A stretch of DNA of 64,000 nucleotides from the human T2T-CHM13v2.0 reference genome, Homo sapiens. This document shows positions 17,123 through 33,331 of the stretch, piece by piece (position 1 is the stretch's first letter; each line of letters begins with the position of its first letter). The notes beneath the pieces were generated by a model. It saw only the letters and a program-made list of their open reading frames with translations. It searched no databases and had not been told where the DNA came from. The stretch lies in assembly GCF_009914755.1 (NCBI RefSeq), contig NC_060941.1; one strand, written 5' to 3'. The position numbers were made by a program, and so were the translations under genes.

Positions 17123-17476
17123 TGAACCCCAATGGATAAAGTGAGGCCTATGGAAGTCTCCAATTCACCCAGTCCCTGCCACATTCCTTACTACCACCCA
17201 CGCCACAAAGCATTGCCTTATGTTATGCTGGATGAGTGACATGCACCGCCAGCTGCTCTCCAGAATTACTGAAAGCCTGTGAAAAAGGTAGATACCTGGG
17301 ACCAACTCAGGAGATTTTGAAATAAGGAGATCTGGGTGTCTGTATTCTTGTTTCCCAGGTGATTTTTATGCACGGGTCCGGCCCAGAACCTTAGCATAGT
17401 GCGATGCTTCCCACGCTTTACTGCATGTTAGCATCACCTGGCAATTTCAGAATGGCTGGGAGTGACAGGCATCCAT

Positions 17477-17799
17477 ATTTTTATTTTTATTATTTTTATT
17501 TTTATTTTTATTTTTTTGAGACAGAGTCTCGCTCTGTCATCCAGGCTGAAGTGCAGTTACACGATCTCAGCTCACTGCAGCCTTAACCTCCCTGGTTCAA
17601 TCATTCCTCATGGCTCAACTTCCCAGGTAGCTGAGACCACAGGCACCCACCATCACGCCAGGCTAATTTTGGTGTTTTTAGTAGAGATGGGTTTTTGCCA
17701 TATTGGCCAGGCTGGTCTGGAACTCCTGACTTCAAGTGATCTGCCCGCCTCAGCCTCCCAAAGTGCTGGGAGTACAGGTCTGAGCCACCGCACCCGGCC
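17477..17799 (-). mobile_element. Alu nested in MER5-like element
   Basis: TSD gcatccaYatt; flanks resemble MER5. Confidence 0.85.
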
Positions 17800-18444
17800 G
17801 CATCCACATTTTTAAAAGATCCCCCAATTATGTCAATGTGCGGCCAAGTTTGGGAACCACTGTCACAGTGAATGACAGTTTGTTGACCTTCATTTCCAGA
17901 GGCAGGGTCACCTGTAGCCCAGACCTGAGCACGTCATCAGGGAGTAGGACCAGCACAGGAGGGCAAAGATCTGCCCACATGGATGACTCTGGTTAGGTCC
18001 TGGGACAAGCTGACCCTGTTCTCTAGGGCTGGACTTGCTGGCTTGGCCCACCTGGCTGCCTGCCTCCAGGGATGGAACACCTGCTGGGCCTCACTGCCCC
18101 AGCCCCCACGGTTTCCTGGGCAGCCCCGCCTTCCGCTGCCCACTCCGTGAGGGATACGCGCTTGGGAGCTGCTTCCCCTGCCTGGGAGTGCAGCCCAGGA
18201 CCCACCAGGGAGCATGTTGCCATGACGATGGTGGCAGCCTGCTCCCCAGCCCCCTTCTGCCACCGTAAAAGCCCCGTGGAAAATCAGAACTCACAGGGCT
18301 CTTCTGACTGCCTGGACTTCTCCACAGGAAAGGGTTATGGGAGCTTTCTCCCCTCTGCGCCATTTGCAAAGCTGGAGGAGGGAACAACAGCCTCAAAACA
18401 AAAATGCAATTTTCCCACTTTATTGAGATACGTAAAGAAATCAA

Positions 18445-18849
<405 letters not shown>

Positions 18850-19199
18850 TGAAGGAGAAAGAGCGGTTTCTCTTCAGGTGGAGAAGAGGCAGGAACAGGG
18901 ATAAAGCAGAGGAAGCACAGCAGAGGCATCAAAGGGTGATTTCTACAAAAGTGCCATTGAGTAAAGAGGATGAGATTGAGGCTGCCTGGAGCAGGGCTGG
19001 GTAGACTAATAAAGAAATCAAGGAGGACCCCGGTAGAGAATTTGGCCAGGAAATAGGTCTGGAAAAGAGAAGACTGATATAGAGTACTCTAGTTGTCTGT
19101 TGCAGATTATTTCAAAATATGGTGGCTTAAAACAACAATAAATAGTGCTTTTTTAAAAAAATCGATGCTATTCTTGTTTATATTGATTTTAACTAATTA

Positions 19200-19632
<433 letters not shown>

Positions 19633-19992
19633 TGGCTACATTTCTTATCTTATACATTCTGTGGGTCTGTTGAGTCAACAGCAGCTGAGCTTGGTACTCT
19701 TGGCTTGAGGTCTCTTGTGAGGTTCCAGTCAACAGGTCAGTCAGGGCTGAAATCATCTGAAGACTTGACTGGGGCTGTAGGAGCTGTTTCCAAGATGGCA
19801 CACACACAGCTGGTGAGCTAGTCATGACTGTTGGCAGGTGGTTTCAGTTCCTTCACATGTGTAGCACTCCATAGAGCTGCTTGAGTGTCCTTATGACATG
19901 GCAGCTGGCTTCCCTCAGACAGAGTGATCCCAGAGCCAGTAAGACAGAGCTGCAATATCTTTTATGACTCACTGTCAGAAGTTACACATCTT

Positions 19993-20152
<160 letters not shown>

Positions 20153-20397
20153 CTTCACATTTTATTGCTACAACATCTTATTGGATCCACATGTCAGCCC
20201 TATACAGGCCTGGGAGGGAATACATAAGGGTATGAATACCAGAAAGTGAGTATCATGAGGGCCATTTTGGAGGCTGGCTACTTAAAGGAGAAAATTCTTT
20301 CTCAGTCACTGCCAAGTATAATTATGGAGGTTATTCCCTGTACAAGGAAACCCAGCAGATGGGGCAAGAAGGGGACTTCAATCCAGGCTGAACTTGA

Positions 20398-20729
<332 letters not shown>

Positions 20730-21299
20730 TTTTAATAATGTGCCTCTCTAGAAGAGGTACATGCCCTGTTCTTACAAAGATGCAGTTTGTGCCTCAGCCC
20801 CACTTTTTCAGGATATTTTCAAATGCATGTAACAGAAAACCTAACTTTAAAAAAAGAAAATATAATAATGTATTGAGTCATATAATTGAGGGGTGCAGGG
20901 GGATAGTGCTTCAGGTATGGCTGAACCTAGAGTCTCAAACAATGTTGTGACCTCTCTCTTTATCTCACCTCTGGTTTCCTCTGATTTGCTCTAACTCCAT
21001 GTCAACTTTACTCTCCTAAAGCTCTCTTATTACCATGGCACCTAGCTGCTCTAGTCCTTCTGACTCTCAGGTTCAGCCCAGATATGAAGATTCTTCCTTG
21101 AGGCATTTGGAATAAAAAGTTCTCAGCCCCATTCTCTTTGACTCCTCCCTTGCACATTCACTGTGGCCAAGGACATGAAATATGTTGATTGGCTTAGTCT
21201 ATGATGTACAGCCACCCCTAGAAAATAGGGCTGGCTCAATTCTAACCCAACAATTTTGAAGATTTCTTCTAAAGGAATGAGTTGGATACTAGTAACCAA

Positions 21300-21434
21300 T
21301 AAGGAAAGAAAGGAAGAAAGAAAGAAAGAGAAAGAAAGAAAGAAGGAAGGAAGGGAAAGAAAGAGAGAGAGAAAGAGAAAGAAGGAAGGAAGAAAGAAAG
21401 AAAGAGAAAGAAGGAAGGAAGGAAGGAGAAAGAA

Positions 21435-21498
<64 letters not shown>

Positions 21499-21508
21499 AA
21501 AGAAAGAG
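21300..21508. repeat. Polypurine (GAAA/GGAA)n tract
   Basis: About 200 bp of purines only, ending in a perfect (GAAA)n run. Confidence 0.95.
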
Positions 21509-21600
21509 CAATGATCCTGGAAGGGCAAACATCACAGTGGTTCACCATGGCCCAGAGTCAGTCAGCATTCAACCGACTCTGGAGGGAGAAGATTCCTCCT

Positions 21601-21994
21601 TGCTATGCTTTGACTGTCCCCTCCAAAACACATGTTGACATTTAATTGCCAGTGTAATGGTATTGGGAGGTTGGACCTTTAATGATTAGGGCAGAGCCCT
21701 CATGAATGAATTAATCCTATCATGCCAGTGGATTAGTTATGGGTTTGTTATTTCGTGAGTGGGTTCCTAGGATAAATAAAAGGATGAAGTTTGACTTCCA
21801 TTTCTCTGTCTGTCTTGCTCATGCTTGCATGCCCTTCTGCCATGTTATGACACAGCATGAAGGCACTCGCCAGGTGCCAGTGCCATGCTCTTGGACTTGC
21901 CAGCCTCCAGAACCATAAGCCAAATAAACTTCTATTGTTTATAAATTGTAGAGTCTGTGGCATTTTCTTATAGCAGCAGGAAACAAACTAAGAC
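21601..21994 (+). mobile_element. MaLR LTR (MST/MLT1A-like)
   Basis: tgctatg...ccagcctccagaacc...aataaac...aaactaagaca. Confidence 0.8.
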
Positions 21995-22277
21995 AGTGCT
22001 AGAATCTTGGGGTGGATGCTGGCCATCAGAAGATGGACCAGAGCAGTGCCTAGGTCCAGAGGGAAAGAAGAATACCTGTGACTGTTGCCTTAGGTGTAAT
22101 CAGAGGGCTTGGCTGTCCCTAGGCTTGGTAGGTGAAGCCCCATATCATAGACTTGTGATCCAAGCTATCAACCTTTTAGAATTAAAAAGTAGAATTTTGT
22201 TTTCAAATTACTTTTCTCAACAGTAGAAGTAATGTATAAATTAAAGGAGAGGATCTAATCATTTATCATTCATTCAT

Positions 22278-22578
22278 TATTATTATTTTTTTTTTTAAAG
22301 AGGAAGAGTCTCACCCTGTCATCCAGGCTGGAGTACAGTGGTACAATCATAGCTCACTGCAACCTCAAACTCCTGGCTCAAGTGATTCTCCTGCCTTAGT
22401 TTCCCAAGAAGCTAGGACTAAGGCATGCGCCACTACACCTGGCTAATTATTTTATTTTATTCTTTTAGATACAGGGTCTATGTTGCCCAGGCTGGTCTTG
22501 AACTCCTGGGCTCGAGTGATCCTCCTGCCTCAGCCTCCCAAAGTGCTGGGATTATAGGTGTGGGCCACCAGAACTGGG
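22278..22578 (-). mobile_element. AluJ
   Basis: Antisense Alu. Confidence 0.85.
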
Positions 22579-22671
22579 CATCATTTATCAGTCTTCAAAT
22601 ATGTCTGGAGCACTTCCCACATGCCATAATGTCTCGTGATGAAACAATGTTTTTTTAAAAAATTGGGAAAT

Positions 22672-22965
22672 GACCAGGGCATGGTGGCTCATGCCTGTAA
22701 TCTAGCACTTTAGGAGGCTGAGGCAGGCGGATCACCTGAGGTTGGGAGTTTGAGAACAGCCTGGCCAACATGGCGAAATCCCATCTCTGCTAAAAATTCA
22801 AAAATTAGCCGGGCATGGTGGCAGGTGCCTGTAATCCCAGATACTCAGGAGGCTGAGGCAGGAGAATTGCTTGAACCCAGGAGACAGAGGTTTCAGTGAG
22901 CCAAGATCACGACACTGCACTCTAGCCTGGGTGACAGAGCGAGACTCCATCTCAATAAATAAATA
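22672..22965 (+). mobile_element. AluS
   Basis: Dimeric Alu. Confidence 0.9.
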
Positions 22966-23262
22966 ATTAAAATGGGGAAGTGTAAGTGCAAATCCAGGAC
23001 TGGCTTCTTTTAGATTTAACTCTCAGTAACCATTGCTCATCGATATCTACTCCCAGGTTTAAGCAGTACTACTCTGACTCTTTTCGGAGTTGAAGATCCC
23101 CCTGGTTGTGCCTGTTTTGGCAGTTCCAATTCTTGGGGTGAAAGCTGCTTTGCCCATTCCTCTGCTTGAGTCTGGGAAAGCATTTTACAATCAGCGTATC
23201 TTTCTCCAGTGGAGGGGCAAGGGGCCTTTTCAATTCTACTACCTCACCATTCTTCAGCATTA

Positions 23263-23578
<316 letters not shown>

Positions 23579-23799
23579 TTAAAAATCTTTGCATCTCCCT
23601 TGCACAGTAATTCCTGCTTTGCCTATGTATTTTTGTGTCCTGAGGCAGAAAAGAGAGAGGAAAACATTGGGCACCCACAATTCCAGTTCAGGCTGGGAAG
23701 AGAAGACTTCTATTAGCTAGAGTCTGCCACCAGACCCAGCTCCCTGCTAGCACACTCAATGGCTCCCTCCTTCCCCTTTAAGGGTCCTTATCTGTATGG

Positions 23800-23855
23800 T
23801 ATTAGGTTGACGCAAAAAGAATTGCGGTTTTTGCCATTTCAAAGTAATAGTAACT
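23800..23855. mobile_element. MADE1 (mariner-derived MITE) partial
   Basis: attaggttgacgcaaaaagaattgcggtttttgccatt resembles the Hsmar1/MADE1 TIR. Confidence 0.6.
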
Positions 23856-24159
23856 CTATCAAGAAGAATTTAAGATTCTGCTCATTTCTGCATTTAAAAA
23901 TCTGGCTCTGTGAAATTTTGCAGGAGAAATGGGTTCTATTTTTAAAGGGGCTGATTCTTTCTTTCTTCTGATCATTTTCAAGTGAAATTTGAATGAAATA
24001 GAGCAGTTTTGAAAGCTCAGCTGCATGATAGATTCTTCCTGAGCTGGGTGGAGCTGGGTTAATGTTTCGCAGAAAGTTGATCACTTCTATTGGTGGTCTG
24101 ATGGTTCACTCAATAATTGTAGAGGACATAGAGATGTGTATTTAAAATGAGTTATACTG

Positions 24160-24474
<315 letters not shown>

Positions 24475-24967
24475 TTAAATTGAATATTTATTTTATGTAT
24501 AGTGAACTTGTATGATTCACGAATATTATTGCTAGGACAAAGCGAAAATAGATAGCTATGTTAGCTCAGACTTGATTGAAAGAAACATGTCAGTAAACAA
24601 AAATGCTATTGGTACACAGATACGGCAGAAATCATGAAGATGGCTTTGTTTGTTTCCTGTGGTTCTGTAATAACTCACTACAAACTTGGTGACTTAAAAT
24701 AACACATATTTATTTTCTTACAGTTCTGGAGGCCAGAACTTTAAAATCAGTTTCACTGGGCTGGAATTAAGGTGCTAACAGGTCTGTGTTCCTTCTGAAG
24801 GCTCTAGGGGAGGACCCTTTCCCTTGCCTCTTCCAGCTTCTCTGGAGGCTGCCCACATTCTGTGGCTTGTGGCCCCATCACTTGAATCTTTCCCTCCATG
24901 GTCACATCAACTCCTCTCCTTCTGTGTGTATACAAATGTATCTCTGCTTCCCTGTTTTTTTGTGCTT

Positions 24968-24971
<4 letters not shown>

Positions 24972-25014
<43 letters not shown>
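24972..25014. repeat. (TG)n microsatellite
   Basis: About 21 units in an Alu tail region. Confidence 0.95.
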
Positions 25015-25017
<3 letters not shown>

Positions 25018-25291
25018 GTTTGTTTTTATTTTTTTTGAGACAGAGTCTTACTCTGTCACCCAGGCTGGAGTGCAGTGGCACAATCTTGGCTCACTGCAGC
25101 CTTCCCCTCCTGGCTTCAAGCAATTCTTGTGCCTCAGCCACCTGACTAGCTGAGATTACTACATGTATTTTTAGTAGAGACGGGGTTTCGCCATGTTGGC
25201 TAGGCTGGTCTCAAACTCTTGACCTCAAGTGATCTGCCTGCCTCGGCCTCCCAAAGTGCTGGGATTACAGGTGTGAGCTACCAAAACCAGC
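25015..25291 (-). mobile_element. AluS with internal deletion
   Basis: Antisense Alu. Confidence 0.85.
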
Positions 25292-25682
25292 CTGCTTCCC
25301 TTTTATAAGGATACCTGTGATGGCACTTAGGACCACCTGAATAATCCGGGATAATCCCCCATCTCAAGATCCTTAATGCAATCACATCTCCGAAGTCTTT
25401 TTTTTTTTTTCTTGTTTATTCTTTTGCCAAACAAGGTAACACATTCTCAGGCTCCAGGGATTGGGACATGGGCAGCTTTTAGGAGGGCACTATTCAGCCT
25501 ACCACAGTGGCAGAGGAAGTTTGGAAAGCACAGAGCAGGTGAAGAAATAAGACTTGTGTTGCCAGAATCCATATCCCAAAGGTCTCCAGCGATCATCAAA
25601 GAAAAGAGTCTGCTCTCTGCTTCTGCCTCCAGCTCACTGAAGATGTGGGAGGAGTGGGGTGTGCAGAGAAAAGGACCATGCA

Positions 25683-26004
25683 GTCCGGGTGCAGTGGCTC
25701 ACGCCTGTAATCCCAGCACTTTGGGAGGCTGAGGCAGGCAGATCACGAGGTCAAGAGATCGAGACCATCCTGACCAACATGGTGAAACCCCGTCTCTATT
25801 AAAAATACAAAAATTAGCTGGGCGTGGTGGCACGCGTCTGTAGTCCCAGCTACTTGGGAGGCTGAGGCAAGAGGAATGGCTTGAACCCTGGAGGTGGAGG
25901 TTGCAGTGAGCCGTGATCGCACCACTGCACTGCAGCCTGGGTGACAAAGCAAGAGCCCATCTCAAAAAAAAAAAAAGAAAGAAAGAAAAAGAAAAAGAAA
26001 AAAA
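25683..26004 (+). mobile_element. AluSc-like
   Basis: TSD aaaaggaccatgca. Confidence 0.9.
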
Positions 26005-26032
26005 AGGACCATGCACTCCAGGCAGGTTCCTG

Positions 26033-26087
26033 TTGTCCTTGAAGAGTAAACACAAAAACACTTGTCCTTGAAGAGTAAACACAAAAA
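26033..26087. repeat. 29-bp-period tandem duplication containing GTAAACA
   Basis: ttgtccttgaagagtaaacacaaaaa at 26033 and 26062. Confidence 0.9.
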
Positions 26088-27656
26088 AAATGGATGCATT
26101 CACCATAACCTTGGATTCTTGGACATAATTTGAATCATTGGTGCATACATTGGTGATACACACACCTTAGAAAACACGAATTTTAAATTGCCCCGGGTTC
26201 AAAGGAACATTGTTTTACTCCATGCGGATCACTAGCTTAAGGCCCCATTTCAGATTCACACTGTATTTATTGAAATTGCTTTTGAAATGTGAATCACCAA
26301 ATGTTAATAAACAAAGTAATTATTCTTGATTTTCTTTAAGCATTCCATTTATTAAAGGGAACTGATGCTATTCATGATTTCATGAAGAAACATGAGATCT
26401 GTAAGTAGGTTAATGTGCTTTTCTCATGAAATTAACGAAGGCATTTTCTTATTGCATAATAAGTAAATTAGAAACGGGATTATCGCATTTCAGGGAAAGG
26501 TGCTGTAATAACTTCTTGCTGGATCTGATTAGTGCATTCACAGTGAGTAGCTTTCTCTTGGAAGACTTTCTGGAGGGAGGGCTTATCAACTGAACTCATG
26601 TAATTCAGCAAGTTGCGTTAAAGTGTGCAAATGAAGTGAGTGGGAGAGAGGAACTAAATCTCATATCAGCATCAGCTTTGATGACACCCAGGCTTGCTCC
26701 CCACCCCCACGTGCACCGCCCACCCTCTGCACATCTGCACAGGCCTGTTGTTGCTCTGACTTCATGGCACCAGTGAGTGATGTCTCTTTTGGCCAAGCAG
26801 ACAAGAGGAGACCAAAGGAACCAGAGAGCTCCGGGAGACAGGGATGCCAGTCTGCAGCTGGTGAGGAGAGGAAGCTGGGGGGCAGCTCACTCTTTCTCAG
26901 AACAATGTCCGGAGAACCTTTGCAGGGAAGCTGGTTCAAAGTGCCCCAAAGTTGTGGCCTGACAACCTTTCTTTAACATGCTCCTCCTGGGCCTGGCTCT
27001 GATCGACAACAAAGGAGCGCATCATTTTTGCTCCCGGCTTCTGCTTCTCCTGATCTTTGATTCAAATCCCAGCATAGGGTCTTTTTGCTAAATGAGGTCT
27101 TTTTAAATAAAAGATGCATTGTTAGAGAAGCTAGGAGGGTTTCATTTCTGTAATGGGGTCTTTAGTCAAACACAGAGCAGACCTTCTCAAGGAGAGGGGA
27201 CAAAGCTATCAGTGGTCAGGCCCCACAGGCTGGGGAGAGACAGAGAGAGACAAAAATTCTAATCCAAGTGGGTGACAGCCAGGAGGGGAGGGAAACCTTG
27301 CTGGTTTTATTCATGAGAGTTTTCACTAGTGACCAATAGTTAGAAGCAATAAAGAAGGGTGTCAGGTCTGAAGGGACATCAAATTCAGTGACTTTAAAGT
27401 TCCCTTCTAGTACCACGGGTGTGACCCTGTGCTTTTATGGTTCACTTAGGCATTCTTTCCTGGGCTGAGCTGTGGAGTAGACAGAACGCAGTTTCCTGCA
27501 TAACACAGCCCTGGGTTCCAACGAAATCCCACCACTCACAGCTATGTGGCCTTGGGTTTGTCATTTCTCCAAGTCTGTTGTCCTTGTCTACAAAAACAGA
27601 GATACCACCTCCCTCCTGAGAGCATTAGTAACTATGAGACAGAGGATACTGGGCCA

Positions 27657-28407
<751 letters not shown>

Positions 28408-28788
28408 TAAGGAAACAGATATTCAGTCCTCCCCAGTGTGTGTGCTGAAGCTTCTGGTCATAACCCCAGCTTGGGCCTTCCTGCTCCCTTCCTCTCCTCC
28501 TGGCCTGTTCCTGCTTGGCTATTGCAGGTGGACGCTGCTCAAGTGCATCTGGATACCAAGGGTCTGAGAGGCAGGAATACAACTAGAGGAGCCAGAACAA
28601 TTCCAACACAGGGAGCTCCCAAGAGAAATCCCAAGGGAAGTCCAAAGAGAAGTTGCCATGTGGGCCTGAGAGTCTTGGGCCACTTTGCTTGTGCACCTCC
28701 CCTCGCCCTGCAGAGGGACTGAGTTCCTGGCTGTTGGCTCCTAGGGGATGCAGAGTTGCCCAGGTGTGATCAGAGGGGAGGAAGCCTT

Positions 28789-28806
28789 GAGCTCCCCCTA
28801 GTGGCC
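28789..28806 (-). promoter_or_regulatory. Candidate CTCF site
   Basis: GGCCACTAGGGGGAGCTC closely matches the CTCF core consensus, in unique GC-rich DNA. Confidence 0.6.
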
Positions 28807-29104
28807 GTGGCCGGGCATGTAAACCAGAGGCCCAGGTTGGGGGCTGCGGGCCCCACCTCCCACCCCCACTCCACGCAAGACTCTTAGGGCCTCATCATCA
28901 GACTTTGGAGTCCACTTTCCAAATGTGGCACCACTCCTTTCCACAAAACCAGGGGCCACAAATGAGAGATTTGGTGCCTCTAATTTATTTGGCCAGCTCC
29001 ATGTTAAAGAAAAACTTTACTTGCCAATACATAAGCGTTGGATTTGACATAAAAATCCAGACATGTGATTTCTCTTGCAAAATCAGAAGCCCTGGCAGAT
29101 GAAG

Positions 29105-29207
29105 CCTCGCTGGCTTGCTCACTGCTCACCTCCTGTTGCGTGGCCAGCCCAGTTCCTAACAAGCCATGGACTGGTACTGGTCCGGGGCCGAGGGTTGGGG
29201 ACCCCTG
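29105..29207. mobile_element. MER1B-like hAT end
   Basis: gctcacctcctg...gttcctaacaagccatggac...ggttggggacccctg. Confidence 0.7.
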
Positions 29208-29303
29208 CAGTAGAGGGCAGGGGCAGAGGTGGGGAGGCCATTAAGAGGCTGTTGTTCTGATGCAAGTGAGAGATTAGGGTGCGCTGGACCAGGGTGGTGT
29301 TTA

Positions 29304-29661
<358 letters not shown>

Positions 29662-30028
29662 GAAGTGGTTGGTACCACAGAATTGAACCCCCTCTCGTAT
29701 ATAAAAAGCATCTTCTGTCTCCCATTTTTCCTCATTTCTGCTCTAACTGAGGCTGAGAGTCCCTGGTTGTAGCCTTGTAGCCCCGTCAGGCTGTAGCCTG
29801 AGCCATTTTTTCTGGAACTGATGGGTCTCCTTCAACTTTACCTTGCTCCACCCAATTCTTCATGGTTAGCGTGTGATTCTGCAATCCCACGGTGTCACTC
29901 ACCAGGACCCAGAAGAATACCAGTCTGTACCCAAAACATTTAGAAGACACAAGCAAATGCTAGAAGAACTCATCATCTTGTTACAATGACTTCTGTCATT
30001 CAATCCTGCTACTGAGCCAGGCGCTTGA

Positions 30029-30362
<334 letters not shown>

Positions 30363-31344
30363 TAGGATTTTCTACATGCTATTATCTTTTCTTGGAATAC
30401 ATCTTCCCTCCACCCAGGTAACTCTAGTCTTAGCTTAGACATGGCTCTCTCCATAGATCCTTTCTTGACCCAGAAGTTTTTGCTGAGGGTTGCCACCACC
30501 AGTCAGAATGCAGTTCCAAATTCATCTTATACAGGTCTGGGACTAGGGTGCAAGCTTTCAGGAGCCAGTTACTCTCAGGGTCATGCAAGTGTAGGGGCCA
30601 CTTGAGAGTGTCTCCTTACATTCTACACCCTAGGAGCCTCCTGCACTCCACCCTAGTCCTGGCCCTGGCTATGATCCAAGACATGCAGGAACATCAAGCT
30701 CAGGGGCTTTGTGCCCCCAGATGCTTTGCCAGTATGGCGCTGAGTTAGATTGTACCTTGCGAGGCACTGGCATGGCATTTGGAAGAGAGAAGAGCAGAAG
30801 AAGCCATCATTATCCAGCAGCACTGAATTCGCTTGGCAGCAACATTCATCATTCCCGAGTCACCTTCCTGAGCTCACCCATTTCACTGGTGCCACTAGCT
30901 GCTGAGAATGTCATGAGACCCTTCCTCGGGATGCCCATGCTCTGTCATTTCTTGAAGCAGCCCTCCTGACTGCCACTTTCCAAGCCTCTATTTCCCTCTA
31001 ATAAACGTTTTGGTCTCCTAAATACCTGGAGTGGCATTTACTTTCCAGGCTGAGCCTTGACAGACACACTTCCCCAGTCCCCCATGAGAAAGAGTAGGCT
31101 TCCCATGAGTCACGATTTCAGCATCTTCACCAGCACAGGACATCTGCCTGTCAGCCAGCCCTGTGCACTCTGGCTGCTGATGCCCAGGCCTTCCTGGCCT
31201 TCCTTCAGTGCCCCTGCCTGGCACATAACTCATAACTCTTAATCTCCATCCTTAAGTGGGTTCCTCAGGAAAGCTGTCTCTGGCTCTGCCCAGCCCTCTC
31301 TGTGACCAGCTCCATGCCCTCCTAAGCACTTAACTTAGAGCTTC

Positions 31345-31672
<328 letters not shown>

Positions 31673-31710
31673 AGAACCCCATGGTTTTCTTCCTTCCTAT
31701 AGTTTATTCC

Positions 31711-32340
<630 letters not shown>

Positions 32341-32647
32341 GTCCCAACATATAATATTTCTTTGATTATTCAATAATCAGTGGCACATCTCTTTCAGTAG
32401 GTGATAGGATCCATGAGGACAGGCAGAATTGCCCACTATGGTATCCCCTGTGCCTGATTCAGTACCTGGCACTAGTATGTGCTCAATGAGCAATTTGTAA
32501 AATGAATCAATAAATAATTTGTTGCATTGAATTGCATTAGGTTGTCAGCACCCATAGAGCACTTCTGGTAATGGTAGCTCAATGATAGGAACTATGGGAG
32601 AGGTAAAAAAAATGAATAATCAATAAACAGATAGGAAAGGTTAAGTC

Positions 32648-33165
32648 TTGTGAAGGCATGTATTCCAATATGGCCACCAAGGGCTCTCCCATCCTAGGAG
32701 CACTTGTTACAACGTAACCTTTACATTCCTTCCATCAAGAGGTGCCGTCTATGTCCCTTTCCTTTGAAATTAAGTGAGCTTTTGCACCTGTTTTGACCAA
32801 TAAAATATAGCAGAAAGGTCATAGCAAACAATGCCACTGTCCCCTTACTTTGGAATACTCCCTTCTGAAGTTTGCGGCCATGGAGGCAGTCTGGCTGCCC
32901 ACAAGTCCGCCATGCTGTGAGGAAGCTCAAACTCCCCTAGATAGAGAAGCCCTGAACCTACTTGAAGAAAGATGTCCTGCCAGTCTTCAGCTGCTTCAAC
33001 CACTGTCTGGTTGCAATTAAATGAGACCACTGGCCAGAACTGTCCAGATGAGACTGTCCCAAATTCCTGACCCACAGAAACAATGACAGATAGTGAAATG
33101 ACTTTTGTTGCATTAAGCCACTGAATTTGGGGGTGATTTGTTACACAGCAAGAAATAACTAGAAT
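32648..33165 (+). mobile_element. MLT1 (MaLR) LTR
   Basis: ccatgctgtgaggaagctcaa...aaattcctgacccacagaa...ttgttacacagcaa. Confidence 0.7.
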
Positions 33166-33200
33166 AGATTTGAATTCAAAGAATGTATGATCTAGTTAGA

Positions 33201-33331
33201 GGCCGGGCATGATGGCTCATGCTTGTAATCCCAGTGCTTTGAGAGGCCAAGGTGGGAGGATCACTTAAGTCCAGAGCTCAAGACCATCCTGGTCAATATA
33301 GAGAGACCCTGCCTCTATTTTTGAAAAAAAA
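33201..33331 (+). mobile_element. Alu monomer (FLAM-like)
   Basis: Left arm only. Confidence 0.8.

Larger units (their letters stand above)
24646..25506 (-). mobile_element. MLT1 (MaLR) LTR interrupted by Alu/(TG)n
   Basis: cagttctggaggccag...ctattcagcctaccaca. Confidence 0.8.

Noticed and set aside
21123-21645. FLSF / KERK-rich ORFs resembling membrane or charged proteins
   Set aside because: They are translations of the (GAAA)n tract.
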